Shown here one piece after another: positions 10,592-23,500 of a DNA stretch of 64,000 nucleotides. Position numbers and translations under genes: made by a program. The notes under the pieces were generated by a model that made no database searches, was not told the DNA's origin, and was given only the letters and a program-made list of their open reading frames with translations. This DNA comes from Dimorphilus gyrociliatus (taxonomy: Eukaryota; Animalia; Annelida). The stretch is taken from positions 496,001-560,000 of the forward strand of contig CAJFCJ010000001.1 in the NCBI GenBank assembly GCA_904063045.1. Reading direction: 5' to 3'. Position 1 is the first letter of the stretch, and every line of letters begins with the position of its first letter.

Positions 10592-12682
10592 ATGAGCTCA
10601 AATGAATCGGATTCAGATGATATGGATTATTATGAAAATACAGAGACAGAATTTGAAACTGAGATTGCTCATACAGTTATGTGGAATAAATGGAAGATAA
10701 AACATCAAACTGATAGAGAGGATTATGAAAAGAATCATAATAAAAACGAGGACAAAGAAAATACAATTTTCTCTCTTGATCTGAGTTTTCATGTTTTGTC
10801 GTCAGAGTTGTTAAGTATTGTTCAAGATGATTCCGATGGTAAAATTCAAGTGGAAGCTGTTGATTATAACGTTTATTTTTGGCAAGTAAAGCTAAGTAAT
10901 TTCTCCGGTTTAATACAGGAAGATATTAAAAATTTAAATTCAAAATGGAGATACGATTACATTGAAATGGAATTAAAGTTTGCTTTTGGTTTGTCTCCAT
11001 TCTATCCCCCTATTATAAATATCAAGAGACCAAAGCTAAAAAATGCGGTCTATCAGTTAATTAGCAATTTAGAAATTTTACAATTGAAACATTGGAATCC
11101 AGCTAAACCTATGAGAGATGTTATACTTTACATACATTCCCTATTAAATGCTGTAGGGCGAATTGATTTAGAGGATAAAAGAAACGACTCGAATGAATAT
11201 CCTGATGGAGCATATTTACAAATTGAAAGACTATTAACTAACTTATCCTCTATATCAGAAATAGATCCTAGAGTCAAAAATGAATTGAAGGCGAAACTGC
11301 CTCCCTATCAATTGTACATTAACCCTTTTGCATCAAATAATCCATCAAGAGCTGATAATTGTGGAAAGCCGAATTTTCCAAATGGGACTGGTTTTAGCTC
11401 CTGCACAGATAGATCCTGGAACATAGATGCCTATTTCATTGCTAAGGAAAAGAGAATAAAAGAAGCTAATGATGTTTTGAAGAAACTTATAAACGAAATG
11501 GAGAGATATAAAGGAAATACGTCAGGTCCAAATGAAATCTTTATTGTAAAAGATAATCTTGAAAAATCTGCTCTTATTCCATTTCTTGATTTCTATCTCC
11601 ATAATGCCACATCGCCTACTGAAATGGACCAAAACGAAAAAATAATGAAAAACGTGCTCATGCTTGTTCAGCATATTGGCAGTAATGATATATGGCGAAA
11701 ACTTCTCATCATTAGCGATGGTCAATCTTCTATTTTGAACAGATTACAAATTTTACATAATTTATATCAAAAATCAAAATCATTCGCTATGTTTGATGGT
11801 GGACTTTTGTCCGAATTTGCTTTACTTTATTCAAAATTAAATTCTGAAATTGAACAAGAAGCTCAAACATTAACTTCAACATCTGAGACGACACTTAAGA
11901 CTACAGAAGAAGCTTATATTGCTGCTCTTAGACAAGAGGTCTTTTGCTCCTGTCATATACCTAGTAATAACACTATGGGATCAAATGATTCTCACAAAAA
12001 GTTATCGTCCTATTCAGTTGCAGGGACCAAACGAATCTGCCATGAATTATCTTCTCTTGAAGAAAGTCTTCCATTGCACTTTTCTACTTCTATATTTGTG
12101 AGGGTAGATGATGAACAATTTGGAACTTTGCGCGCACTAATAACAGGACCAGCTAATACACCGTATGAAAATGGTTGTTACATGTTCGATATAATTTTTC
12201 CAAACGATTATCCATCTAATCCACCTTATGTGAATTTTTTGACAACGGGAAATGGTACAGTCAGATTCAATCCTAACCTATATGTTACTGGGAAAGTTTG
12301 TTTATCACTTCTCGGAACTTGGTCAGGTGAACAATGGGATAAAAGAACTTCAACTCTCTTACAAGTGCTACTCTCTATTCAGTCGCTTATTTTTGTTGAG
12401 GAACCATATTTTAATGAACCTGGTTATCAGTTTAAAATGGGAACCAGTGAAGGTAAACAAGAGTCTGATATATATAACAGGAAAGTTCTTTTTAACAACT
12501 TGAAATGGGGAATTCTTAACAACTTAAAAAATCCGAATGAAATTTTTAAATCGGCAATGCTGACTCATTTCTATCATAAACGAAATCACATCATCAACCA
12601 ATTTAAACCCTATGCTAATGTAAACGATTGGACTAATTTAATTAGCGAACTCAATAAAGAACTTGAAAATCTTAAGATTTAA
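10592..12682 (+). CDS. Ubiquitin-conjugating enzyme with an N-terminal UBE2Q/UEV-like fold and a C-terminal BIRC6-type UBC domain (no BIR); intronless
   Basis: 696-aa ORF. C-terminal UBC: RICHELSSLEESLPLHFSTSIFVRVDD, LITGPANTPYENGCYMFDI, RFNPNLYVTGKVCLSLLGTW (catalytic Cys at 12299), IQSLIFVEEPYFNEPGY. It also has the BIRC6-like FPNGTGFSS..SWNID motif. The N-terminal WQVKL...IEMELKF...PFYPPIINIKRPKL...HWNP segment resembles a UBC fold. Confidence 0.88.
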   Translation: MSSNESDSDDMDYYENTETEFETEIAHTVMWNKWKIKHQTDREDYEKNHNKNEDKENTIFSLDLSFHVLSSELLSIVQDDSDGKIQVEAVDYNVYFWQVKLSNFSGLIQEDIKNLNSKWRYDYIEMELKFAFGLSPFYPPIINIKRPKLKNAVYQLISNLEILQLKHWNPAKPMRDVILYIHSLLNAVGRIDLEDKRNDSNEYPDGAYLQIERLLTNLSSISEIDPRVKNELKAKLPPYQLYINPFASNNPSRADNCGKPNFPNGTGFSSCTDRSWNIDAYFIAKEKRIKEANDVLKKLINEMERYKGNTSGPNEIFIVKDNLEKSALIPFLDFYLHNATSPTEMDQNEKIMKNVLMLVQHIGSNDIWRKLLIISDGQSSILNRLQILHNLYQKSKSFAMFDGGLLSEFALLYSKLNSEIEQEAQTLTSTSETTLKTTEEAYIAALRQEVFCSCHIPSNNTMGSNDSHKKLSSYSVAGTKRICHELSSLEESLPLHFSTSIFVRVDDEQFGTLRALITGPANTPYENGCYMFDIIFPNDYPSNPPYVNFLTTGNGTVRFNPNLYVTGKVCLSLLGTWSGEQWDKRTSTLLQVLLSIQSLIFVEEPYFNEPGYQFKMGTSEGKQESDIYNRKVLFNNLKWGILNNLKNPNEIFKSAMLTHFYHKRNHIINQFKPYANVNDWTNLISELNKELENLKI

Positions 12683-12923
12683 CTTTTACGTTAAAAACTT
12701 AATCTTGTGATTTGTAAATATGTCTAAAAATATTTATTTTGAACTATTAAGCATATTGTGTTTTCTTTAGGTAATTTCTTTCAAGTGATATAGATCGTTA
12801 TCAAATCTAAAGAGAATTTATAGGTTACAGGTGTCCTTTTTATTTGTTAAGTACAACGCTTCAAACCTGTCAATTTTACGTTTTGAAAACTATGGTAAAA
12901 ATATACAAGTCATTCTACTTGGT

Positions 12924-15900
12924 CTATAACTTTCTCTTCTTATGATGCTTATCCGAATGAGAATGTTCACGTTTTCTCTTTTCAGGGGATTTCTTGTGAG
13001 ACTTGTGATGTTTTTTCGGAAGAGGCGGCGCAACTTCATCCAGATCACGTTGCTTATCGGCTGAAAATGAAATAGAGTTAAGAAAAGTCTCTACAGCCTA
13101 AATATTTTTTTACCATTTCTTGCCTCTTCTTCTAACTCATCCCAATCTTTCCCTGATTCCTCTTCACTATCACCTTCCTCTTGAGAGGCACTGTCATCTT
13201 CATTAGACCAATCCTCCTGCAAAGAAAACAATGTACCATTTTTATAGAAAATAATTTTTTGAGCAACTGACCTCGCTTTCTTCCGAACCAGTTTCACTTT
13301 CTTCAACTTCTTCACTATCTGTTGGGTTGTAGGCATCATCTTCAGAGTCTTCGTCGTTGCCGCCACCCTCTTCTTCCGATTCCGGTTCTAAGAATGTCCA
13401 ACCTCCATTTTCCATAAATCCCTCAGGATCATCCACTATGGTCTTCATAATTTTTTGCCAATGTAATGACTGTATACCTTCAGTATAATGAATATCGCAA
13501 CTATTTAACCATTCTTTAACATGATCCAATTGATTCATTGGCACTGAGTTTATATAAGCTACTTTTCTTGTGTATTCCTTGAAAACAAAAACCATATCGA
13601 AATTCTTCAAGTGAAATTGTACTCTTTCAAAATGTACCAATTCTACCTCCTCAAGAGCTACAACAAAAGGGGGCCATTCAACCAAACTTACAAGGCAAGT
13701 AGAGGTTGGCATGAGGAGAACATTAGATCTGTGAGGTGCCCCATGGAAACCCAGTTTGCGGAATGGACTTTCAAATGTTACCTCTCCCTTTGATTGAGCT
13801 TCAGCTTTCTCACAAAAATTTTTAAAAGCCGATTTGAGCTTATGTCTCAATTCTCTTTCAGCTTGTTCAGCTCTTAAATCATCCCTATCGTGCATGTGCT
13901 GATTTTTCCCCAAATCTGTTGTCAATTCTCCTACTTCTGCATAAAACTGAATATCTTGATGCCTTTTACTTGCGAAAAAAATTGGATCCTTCAGATTAAA
14001 ATGAACAATAATCGTAACTTCATTGTCACACGGCTGAAAAAATGCATGGGCAATGTTTGAATATAATATGTCAACTTTATCTCCTCTGACAGATGTATAG
14101 CGGAATCCGTTTAGATGAGCTTCTAATGTCCCTGATAAACGTTTCGAAGTAACACTTGGTCGAATATATAAATCTTTTAATCTAGGTGCAGCTCGAGTTT
14201 CTGATAATTTCAGTGCCTCTTGTTTAACTGTTTGCTCTTTTTCTTTTTGTAGCTGTTCTCGTGCTTTAAACTCCCGTTGCATTTCTTTGACCAATCGATA
14301 AGCTGTTGATAAATTTGTACTCGGTATACTGGAGTCAATAGACGACTTCAAATTTGATGCTCGATAGGTTAATTCTTTAATAAAAGTGGCTTCTGGATTA
14401 TGGAATATAGATCCATCAACTCTTCCTAAGGATGCACCTGGGCAATAAAAATTGATACGCAAGTAAGTGTGATGTCCCTCAACACTTTGGGATACGTTTT
14501 TAACATTAGAAATGTGATACGGAGTCGGTAGTCCTAAAATAGGTAAGACAATCGTATCATATTTTCTGTCTATAAAGATTTGCAAATGTTTGGTTTCACT
14601 TTCATTTGGAAATAGTGAGTCAGTTCCATACGATACGTATGCTTTACGAAGTTTCTTTTGAACGTTTCCAGTCTTCATTCCTTTTATTCTCTCCTTAGCT
14701 TCATCATTTAAACGTTGAGCTAGACGTTTCTGATGAGATAATCTTTTATCTTCATTTGTTGTTTCTGTTCTTGTTCTGCTATCCAGGATCGTTCTACGCA
14801 TGCCACGACCTAAGATTCCTTCCACTTCACCTTCGTCACTCTCACTTGATTCCTCATCTTCCTCTTTTATTTTGACACTAATTGATGATATTTTTTTCTT
14901 GGCTCCGGCTGTTAAACACGTCGCTGGTTCCGACTGGGTATAAAAAACTTTCAGTTAAAGATTTTCAATCAACTTGAACTGTTCTTACTTGATTTACTAC
15001 AACAATGTCACCGAGAAATATGGCAACTTTCTTGCTCTCTTCGTCCTTGGCGGACTTGTTTTCTAAATCAGTAAATCCGACTGCAAGGTTGAAAACCATA
15101 CCTTTTTTTACAACAGCACTACATTTATCGTTAATCACCATGGAACTTTCTCGGAAGTCGATACCAGTCAGAAATCTGTTAAGCAGTTTGCTTTATAAAT
15201 AAAAAGAAAAATATCTAATTATCTCATTACCCTAAATTTTTTGTTAATTTTGATTCTAAGTTCGGCTTTCTTCGTTTTATAAACTGAATGACTCCAGTAT
15301 ATATCTAAATCAAAAATTCGAATGAAGAATCTTTCTTGGGATGTTCTCAAAACATACTTCTCTAATAATAGCTCCATCTACAAGTTTTTCCAAAAGAAAG
15401 TTGATAACTTCTAGAAGGAACTCGTAGTTTGAAGAAGTTTCAGGGGATGGGTTAACTAGATAAGTACGACAAATGCTTGAGCAGTAGTTTTTGTATCTGC
15501 AACATTATACATCGAGTTTTTTCTATACTTAAAAAAATTTATGTAATTGATCACCTGACGCCAAGACAACAAACTATAGATCCAAAGTGTAAAAATTGCT
15601 TATCGCTTTGCATGGAGAATTTCAATTGATAACGGCCTCCACTTTGTATTATTGTGGGAAAAGTTACGTCAACGCTATTAAGATCCACAGAAGTAACATA
15701 TTTCTTATTATGAACAGCTTCATCAACCATTTGGGATAATTTTATATGCTTCATTTTCTTTTAAAAAGTTACATCAGTTATAAGAGTTAAAATTTTCTTA
15801 GTTTGTTTGACTTACTTTATCTCCATCAATAATATCAAGAATCTGAGAACGGAGGTATTTGTGAAGTTCAATAGTGGCAGAGCACGATTTTTTAATAATT

Positions 15901-16688
15901 GATAACTCAGTTTCATCTTTAACAGATAAAATTTTAGCTATTCTTTGGCTAATTTCAACTTGACTAAACTTTTGCTTGTCCATCATATTCTTGAAAGATT
16001 GATAGAATTCATTAGTATATTTTTCTTTGAAATACCCCACTTTCCCTCCGCTTTCATTTAGGACAGTCATTAAAGTTTCCATATTCTTTTTATCCTTGTC
16101 TACCTAGATTTAGAAAATTACAATTATGAAGATAAATGTACTATATTTTTTGTGTGCGTACTTTGTCTCTGTTGATAGTATGAATTGGAGGAAAGCCAAG
16201 GTTATTTTCCTTGTTTGTATCCACTTGCTTGATAAAATCAATTTTCTTTTTACTTGCCAAGAAATGAATGCCAGTTTTGGTCAAGATCATAATAGTATCT
16301 CCTAGATCGTATCCAAAAAGCCATATCTGAAAGTGAAATAAATACTAACTTTCAGAAGCTAATAATAGATATAACAACAATTCACCTGTAAAGACATAGA
16401 TTTGCTGTACACAATGGCTTCGTCTGCCCCAACTGCACAGACGATGGATTCGATTCCATGCAAATCATCATTACTATCAGCGCTCTGAAAAGATAAAAAA
16501 TGTAAAAGAGAAACCTATTGTATCATCGCTCAAGAATAAGAACGCTTGATACAAAACTGGTTTATATACAGAGTTAAGGTGAAATCAAGAGTTCGTAATA
16601 GCAGATATGACAAACTTACACTCCATTTGTTGTAGATTAATCTCATACGACGCTGAAAAGCATCTCTATCCACTTTTGGGTTAGCCAT
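12924..16688 (-). CDS. SUPT16H: FACT complex subunit SPT16
   Basis: Multi-exon. Start MANPKVDRDAFQRRMRLIYNKWS; GYDLGDTIMILT; HLQIFIDRKYDTIVLPILGLPTPYHISNVKNVS; PRLKDLYIRP; GTLEAHLNGFRYTSVRGDKVDILYSNIAHAFFQPCD; FERVQFHLKNFDMVFVFK; acidic tail; ends ...HSDKHHKKRKL* at 12924. Confidence 0.97.
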
Positions 16689-16734
16689 AAAAAACCTACT
16701 GTTCTGCACTCATAGAGCGGGAACACGAATATGG

Positions 16735-16804
16735 CTACCGGAAGTTACACACAGTACTATTAAATATAGTGAGCTGCTTTTAGTTAGAAATTTCAAAATG
16801 GCGG
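16735..16804. promoter_or_regulatory. ETS (CCGGAAGT) and YY1-like (AAAATGGCGG) motifs in the divergent SPT16/TRAPPC2L promoter region
   Basis: CCGGAAGT near 16738 and AAAATGGCGG at 16795-16804, 50-115 bp upstream of the SPT16 ATG. Both are typical housekeeping/bidirectional promoter motifs. Confidence 0.5.
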
Positions 16805-17995
16805 TGTATAGGAAAGTAGTCTCTCTTTCCTTAGGCCTAATGCTTTCGGAAAGTTGATCACTATATTCCCAAGCTGTTGATAAGTAACAAGTATCCACAT
16901 ATATAGTGTACTATTTTCAGGATTTTTTAAAAACATTTGTTAAAATCTTAAACTCTCCATTATATATTGGTATTTGGTTGGAAAGTTCAAAATTATAAAA
17001 AGTATTATTTAGGACTACTACGAGTTTTATTATGAAAAGTAGAGAGTTTGATTAGACTCTTCAAATTAGAGCATATTCTAGGAAGCCTAATAGTCCGCTC
17101 TCAAAGTTGAAATATGTCTGTAAAATTGAATACAAGTGCGAATATGATCAAATAGAATGAACATAAAATACCAAAGTATAACTTTAAGTTGAAGAGGAAT
17201 AAAGACCTAACGATTATCAATTCTATTATATTTTTAAAAAAGCAGGAAAGTCATAACGAAAAGCCTTATCTGTATTCTTCAGCATTGCTAATAATAAACA
17301 TATAAGTAAGTTTATGGAAGAGTAACACCTCCATAACCTGTCATCTCATTATGTGAACTCTTGGTCGATGTTTGAATAGTAACACATATAGTAGTCTAAT
17401 GGGATTGAGCATTTTTTCACCAAAACAACTGTTTTCATGAAGTATTCTTTTACTCGTTTATCACATGAAGCACCTCATAAACTTCTAATATTGAGCCAAA
17501 CAGTCTCCTTAACTTATTACTAAATCTAAAAAGCAGCAAAGATGAGTAATAAATTTTCCAATTAGTTCACAAACACGAATGAAGAACATCGTAGGGATTC
17601 TTAGGTGTAAATTCAATCCATAGACTCTAAAATTTTTACAAGGTCTGCATGGAATTAGTAGTCAAGTTCTAGAAGTAATAGTAATTTTGAATGACTACCT
17701 TTAATTTTTAATTGGTTGCAGTATATCGCTATACAAAAAAAAGTGTAAAGAACAACTTTTTGTGTTCAGCTAAAGTTTAAAAGAACAAAACTCACTCAAA
17801 TAATGTGATGGGTAAGTTATATTTGTAAATGTTGAATCCATTTGGCGTTTCTTTTGCCAGAAAATAGATTTCATTCATCTCAAAAAGTGTTCAATGATAT
17901 TTACAACTGATTGGAAAAAAACACAAGTATGGTTTCCGGAAATTGTATACAGTACTAGTAAATCCAGAGAGCTACTTTCGTCTAGAATTTTAAAA

Positions 17996-18720
17996 ATGGC
18001 GGTTTGTGTTGCTGTAATATCAAAAGAGGTGAAAAATCTGTAATTTTCAATCAGTGTACGATAGCACTTCTTTAAATAAGTGCTTTAAATGATTGCTTTG
18101 TTAAAGATTTTACATACAGTAATATCTGGTTTCCATACTTTCAGAACTCGCCATTGTTTATAAAAACAAACTCGAATGAAAATGAGTTAAATTTTCATTT
18201 CACAGTTCATACATCATTAGACGTTGTTGAAGAAAAAATATCCCCTGGAGCAGGTGCTAATAAAAATAATGATACAAGAGAGTTATATCTTGGTTTATTA
18301 TATCCTACAGAAGATTATCGAGTGTAAGTTAATGCAAATGAAATTAACTAATACTCATTTAGCATATGAAATTCATAGCTTTAATTAAAACAGGTATGGC
18401 TATGTCACAAATACTAAAATAAAATTTGTAATTGTTGTCGAATCTTCAAATACAACTTTAAGAGACAACGAAATTAGATCTGTAAGTTTATAACAAATTT
18501 TATTCTGTATTTATTCTATAGCATCACTTTTCATCCTAGATGTTTAGGAAATTACATTCTGCTTATGTAGACATGGTTTGTAATCCTTTCTACGAACCAG
18601 GGCAAACAATTAATTCAAAGTATGTTCCTTAATTAAATTGTTTTACTTTATTTAATATATTTTTTCTTTTCCAGGTCGTTCGATACAATTGTGAAGTCAA
18701 TGATGATACAAGAAATGTAA
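17996..18720 (+). CDS. TRAPPC2L: Trafficking protein particle complex subunit 2-like
   Basis: Five exons: [11 protein letters not shown] / NSPLFIKT...[14 protein letters not shown]...[15 protein letters not shown] / [15 protein letters not shown]...LRDNEIRS / [27 protein letters not shown] / [14 protein letters not shown]. Confidence 0.95.
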
Positions 18721-19531
18721 AAATAAATACTGTAACTTTTCCAGAATTGCTAGATAAATTCTCATTTTCAGCGAAAAGAAAAAGATAATTATCATATACT
18801 ATATTCGAATAAATCATTCTTTTCTCGAAATAGATTTATTTAAAACAAAAAAGAATAGAACATTTTTTATTCTCTTTATCTAAAGAACATTTTTTCGGAA
18901 GCCTAGATTTGGAATAATTGCCTTTTATCTTTAGAAATGTCTCTTTATGGAAAATTTTTCTTAATTAGAAAAAGTACTTTATTTTTAGTTATAAGCCAGC
19001 AAAATTAGAATAACAATCCAATTATAATCATGTGATTAAAGACATCTTATAAAAAGAAGTTAATCGAAAAGCGTTCCTCGGTGTTAGATATTAGCGCCAA
19101 AGGGAAAAGCGCGCGAATTTCAAAAAAAGAATGATTTCATTCACCAATTGTTTCTCCATTCATATTTTACAAAGAGCATTTATATAGGGCCAATAAAAAA
19201 TGCGTGCGATGAATAATGTATATTTTTTTCTACTTTTTTAAAACTCGGCATGAATTCTTGACAAAAGTTAAGCACGTTTGGGCCGATCGATACTTCTATT
19301 TCATAATTCGATATGCAACATGAAGTGAATAATAAGTTTGCCATTTTAAACGATTTACAAAACTGTGTAGAAAAAAAATCATATTTTCAGTTTGTTTCTG
19401 TAGTCTACATATATCAAACATTTACCTTTGTGAAATATTAATTAAGTAATTTCAAAAAAAAGATACAGGAAAACAAGAGTATTTTCCTTTGGAAATCCTT
19501 ATTCTTGCATCTTTGAGAAGTTATTCTACAT

Positions 19532-19915
19532 TCATACGGTTGCAATAAAGAAAGGACCCTCCAAGTAGCTTTGGGAGAAATTACTTTCATAAGAAGCTGC
19601 TTCATATGAAATAGCTGATACTTCGTAATCATCTTTAATGTAAGCCAAATTTGTAAAAGTTACTCCATTAGACGCCGATACAGGTTTTGGAAAATCGGCG
19701 GGATTTGCGTTGAGAGTGACTCTTTTTCTGCTTGATGGAAATTTTCTGGAAGTGCAGTGAGCTTGGGTCTTCTTCAATTTTATATGATATCTTATAAAAG
19801 AGCCAGCAGTTAAACAGATTAAAGTCAATCCTAATAAACAATATGGTATTAAAAGCAATCTGCTATCGAAACTTGAAGAAGTAGGGCTTCTTGCCGAGAT
19901 TGTATCATTGTTCAT
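19532..19915 (-). CDS. Small single-pass membrane protein with a Tyr-rich cytoplasmic tail, uncharacterised
   Basis: 127-aa ORF with a short N-terminus, hydrophobic LLLIPYCLLGLTLICLTAGSFI, basic stop-transfer RYHIKLKK and a tail containing FTNLAY...YEVSAISYEAASYESNF. It is preceded by a TAG acceptor, suggesting a 5' UTR exon. Confidence 0.65.
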   Translation of the reverse strand: MNNDTISARSPTSSSFDSRLLLIPYCLLGLTLICLTAGSFIRYHIKLKKTQAHCTSRKFPSSRKRVTLNANPADFPKPVSASNGVTFTNLAYIKDDYEVSAISYEAASYESNFSQSYLEGPFFIATV

Positions 19916-20558
19916 TTACCTATTACATTTGAAAATTATACTCAGTGGTGAATAATGGCGCTAGCGTCTGCTTTGAATCGATTTTTCTATATAGATTTAC
20001 TCTTTTTTCTTTCACTTTTCATCAAGATTATCAATCGCCAATATATTGATACTTGTTATCTCAATAAAGACAACCAAATCCATTAAATATATATGCTTTT
20101 AGATGAATGAATCCAGTTGTCAAAAGCTTATATTAAATATTCCAATATATACTGTAAAAAGCAACATTTCATTAACTTTATTAATTTCTATGTGGGGGTT
20201 TACAATATTATAAACTTATTATTTTCACATTAACTGCGAATATTGTATAATTAATGATTTTTTTTAATAAAAAGTTTAGTAATTCATTTTGCAGTTTCTT
20301 TATCACATAAAAAGATATTAAATACTATATATAAATTTTCTGTGTATTTAAGCATCAATCGGAATTTTTTCATTCTTTATTCCTTAACGTACTTGTAACA
20401 AAGGGTGAATGAATATATAAATGCATGAAGAAAAATAAATCAGTGTACCAATTGTGCTGCGTAAATAAAATAGAGGATGAAACCGAATAGCAAATTTTAA
20501 AAAAGACTTTTTCTACATTTGCATATATATCAAACTAATATCATTGAGGGTTACAAAT

Positions 20559-23500
20559 TTAGCATAGATCGCATGTTTTAGCACAATTATCTTTCATTGT
20601 TTTAATAATGTCCGGGCGATTCTTTATCCTTGGATCATCGAAATTGCATAAATGATAACCTGGTGTGTCTCTATAGAAGATACAGGTTTCCTCAGGATAT
20701 AAATCCATGCATGAGCTGGTGACTACATCCAATCTAGTTTCACATCGAGGTCCTGTCCAAAAGTTTTTACATGAGCAACGGAAGCTTCCTTCAGGAATCA
20801 GCTCGCATATACCATTAGGACCACAAGGACTATTAAAACAAGCGGATAAATCTAATTGGCATAGTTTGCCTGTAAAAGGATAACGGCAACTGCAACTAGC
20901 TTGTTTTTGCTCATTTACGACGCAAAGTCCACCGTTTCTACATTTAGGACATGGACCAATCTCGCATAATGCTCCAATGTAATCCGAATTGCAGGAGCAG
21001 ATGGCATTTCCATTATCGTCTACGCTACACGAACCGGAATGATGGCAAGGATTAGACGAGCAGGCATAGTTTTCGCAATTTTTTCCTGAGTAACCTTTCT
21101 TACAATTACATTTAACCTCTGCAAGCAAATAAATTATTATTAAAAATAATCAAAGACATCAATTTATAACATATTTACTATTATTCTCATCTAGACCGCA
21201 ATATCCTCCATTCAAACAAGGATTAGTTCTGCAAGCCTTAATTAGTTCGCACCGATCTCCATAGTAATTTTCCGTGCAGGTGCAATTAAAATCGCTTCCG
21301 TCTACTTGACATTGTCCGTCATTAATACAGGGATTTATGCTACAGGGATTCAGTTCTGTAAAAAATATACATATATATTACAAAACACATTCTTTTCATT
21401 AGGCGCAAAAAGGATAAACCTTCACACAAGAGGCACGTTTTTGAGCATAGCCTCTTCATAAATTCCCTAAAATTAGGTGGTGTGCAAAAACCTGCACCTT
21501 TAAACCAATCACAATCACGTCTTACATCTTTGCAGTTCGAGATAACCGTTTTAGGAGCTTAATATAGAACAAACATTTGATAATTAATTGAAGGCACTCA
21601 AAAAAACCAATTGAAATTTAATTTACAAACATGTTATTGAGGGTGTGCTCGTGATATCGAAATTATTAGTTGGTTTTAAGGTTGTTAATTCAAAGAAAGT
21701 TGTGTCTTCTTGTTTAGTTTGCACTTTGTTATCTGTTGTAACCTCTGGTGTTGTGATTTCTTGAGTTGTAACCTTTTGAGCAGTGGTCTCTCGTGTTGTG
21801 ACATCTTGTGTGCTAATTTTTGTGTTTAACACCACTTGTGTTGTAGAATTACTTTCCGTAGTTGGTGAAGTAATCGATTGGGTGATAGATTTAGTAGCGG
21901 TTTCAGTGAGTGGTGACACTTTTAATAGAATATTAAAGAGAAATATGAATAAAATATTGAAAAGCAAACGTGACATTATAATATACTTCAAAAGAACGAG
22001 ACAAAAAGGCTATAAAAATATGAAATGTTACCTTCACAACGGCTGCCGGTGTAGCCCTTTGGGCACTGGCAGGAATAAGACGTGCCGTTAAGAGCCTGGC
22101 ATGTTCCACCATTCATGCAACTAGTACCCGAACAAGGATTTAACATAAGATCACAAATTGAGCCGGCATATCCTGCTTGGCAAACACAACGAATTGACGA
22201 TTGTGTGACTGGTAGGCAAAGTGCATCATTCTTGCAAGGGTTAAAATAGAAACATAGGTTTCTATTTTCACACTTTTCTCCTTCAAATCCACTTTTGCAG
22301 GTACATTTATAACTTTTTGATACGGAATCAAACTGACAGTCACCGTTATTTGCACAAGGATTAGGAGAGCAAACACCTGTACCATTTCCTAACTCACAAT
22401 ACGGACCTGTATAACCTGCAGGGCAAATACACGTAACAGTTTGATCATCGATTTTTTTGCAAACACCAGAATTTTTACAGCCTTCAAATAACAAACACGG
22501 ATCGACAGTTTCATTGCAAATTTTGCCAGTGTATCCATGTGGACAAACACACTCGAAATCTTCTCCCTTGTTTAAACATTTCGCTCCTATTTTACACGGG
22601 TTAGGATTACATGAATCTTGAACTTTCTCGGAACAAGTTGGTCCTGTATATCCCGATAAACATTCACAGTCATAAGTTCCTTCACTGACTTCTGTGCACT
22701 GTCCATTAACGCATGTATCTAAGCATATATTTGTTAAGCAATTAATGCCGGTAAAAGACGGTAGGCAGATACAGTTAAAAATGTTTCCGATTTGTTCGCA
22801 AGTTCCTCCATTTAGGCACGGATTGATATGACAAACATCGACTTCTTCGCAAAGATATCCTTTATAACCTTGTTTACAAACGCAGGAAAATCCATCACCA
22901 CTCCTTATACAATCACCGCCATTTTTGCAAGGATCGTTGCGACAAGCGTCAGGACCAGTATCACATAAGTTGCATGTAGACGGACAAGTTGTTGCCATAA
23001 TGTCGACATGAGTCTGACAATATCCGCGATTTTCGAAATAGCGACAATCCTCTCTGAAATCAACACATGTCGTTGATGGGGTTGTTCTAGGTGTACTGTC
23101 GCACAGATTACATGTTTTAGGGCATTCCAATTTCATTACATTTGGTCGTAATTGGCAGTAACCGCCTCTCGCATAATAAATACAGTCGTTACGATTGTCT
23201 TTACAATTTGGATTGTCTGTAAGTTTCGTAGCTCCTTGGGTTGTCATTATTAAAGTGGTCATTTCTTTTTTAGATGTCAAATCTAATTTAGTAGTTGTAC
23301 TTTTTTTGGTTGTTGCAGTTGATTGCCCTTGCGTTGTTTTGGTAATTTCATTTTGGGTGGTTTTCTCTGTAGTTCTTTTGCTTTCTGTTGTAGAAGGAAA
23401 TGTCATTGTACTAGCGATTTTCGTTTCCGTCGTAGTTATTGAACTTGTTTGTGCAGTGGTCGACTTTTGATCTGTAGAAGTAATTTCTTTTGTCGTAGAT

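Noticed and set aside
17330-17640. Short frame QTRMKNIVGILRCKF, faintly like Harbinger/PIF transposase (xTRxxIExxFGILKxRF)
   Set aside because: Only about 15 residues, surrounded by stops, with no other DDE motifs or TIRs. Cannot be supported without tBLASTn.
21783-23470. Plus-strand Val-rich ORFs (21783-22091 and 23195-23470)
   Set aside because: They are antisense shadows of the Thr-rich (ACN codon) mucin segments. The ORFs at 39319-39597 and 31259-31459 are likewise shadows of SWT1 and sestrin.
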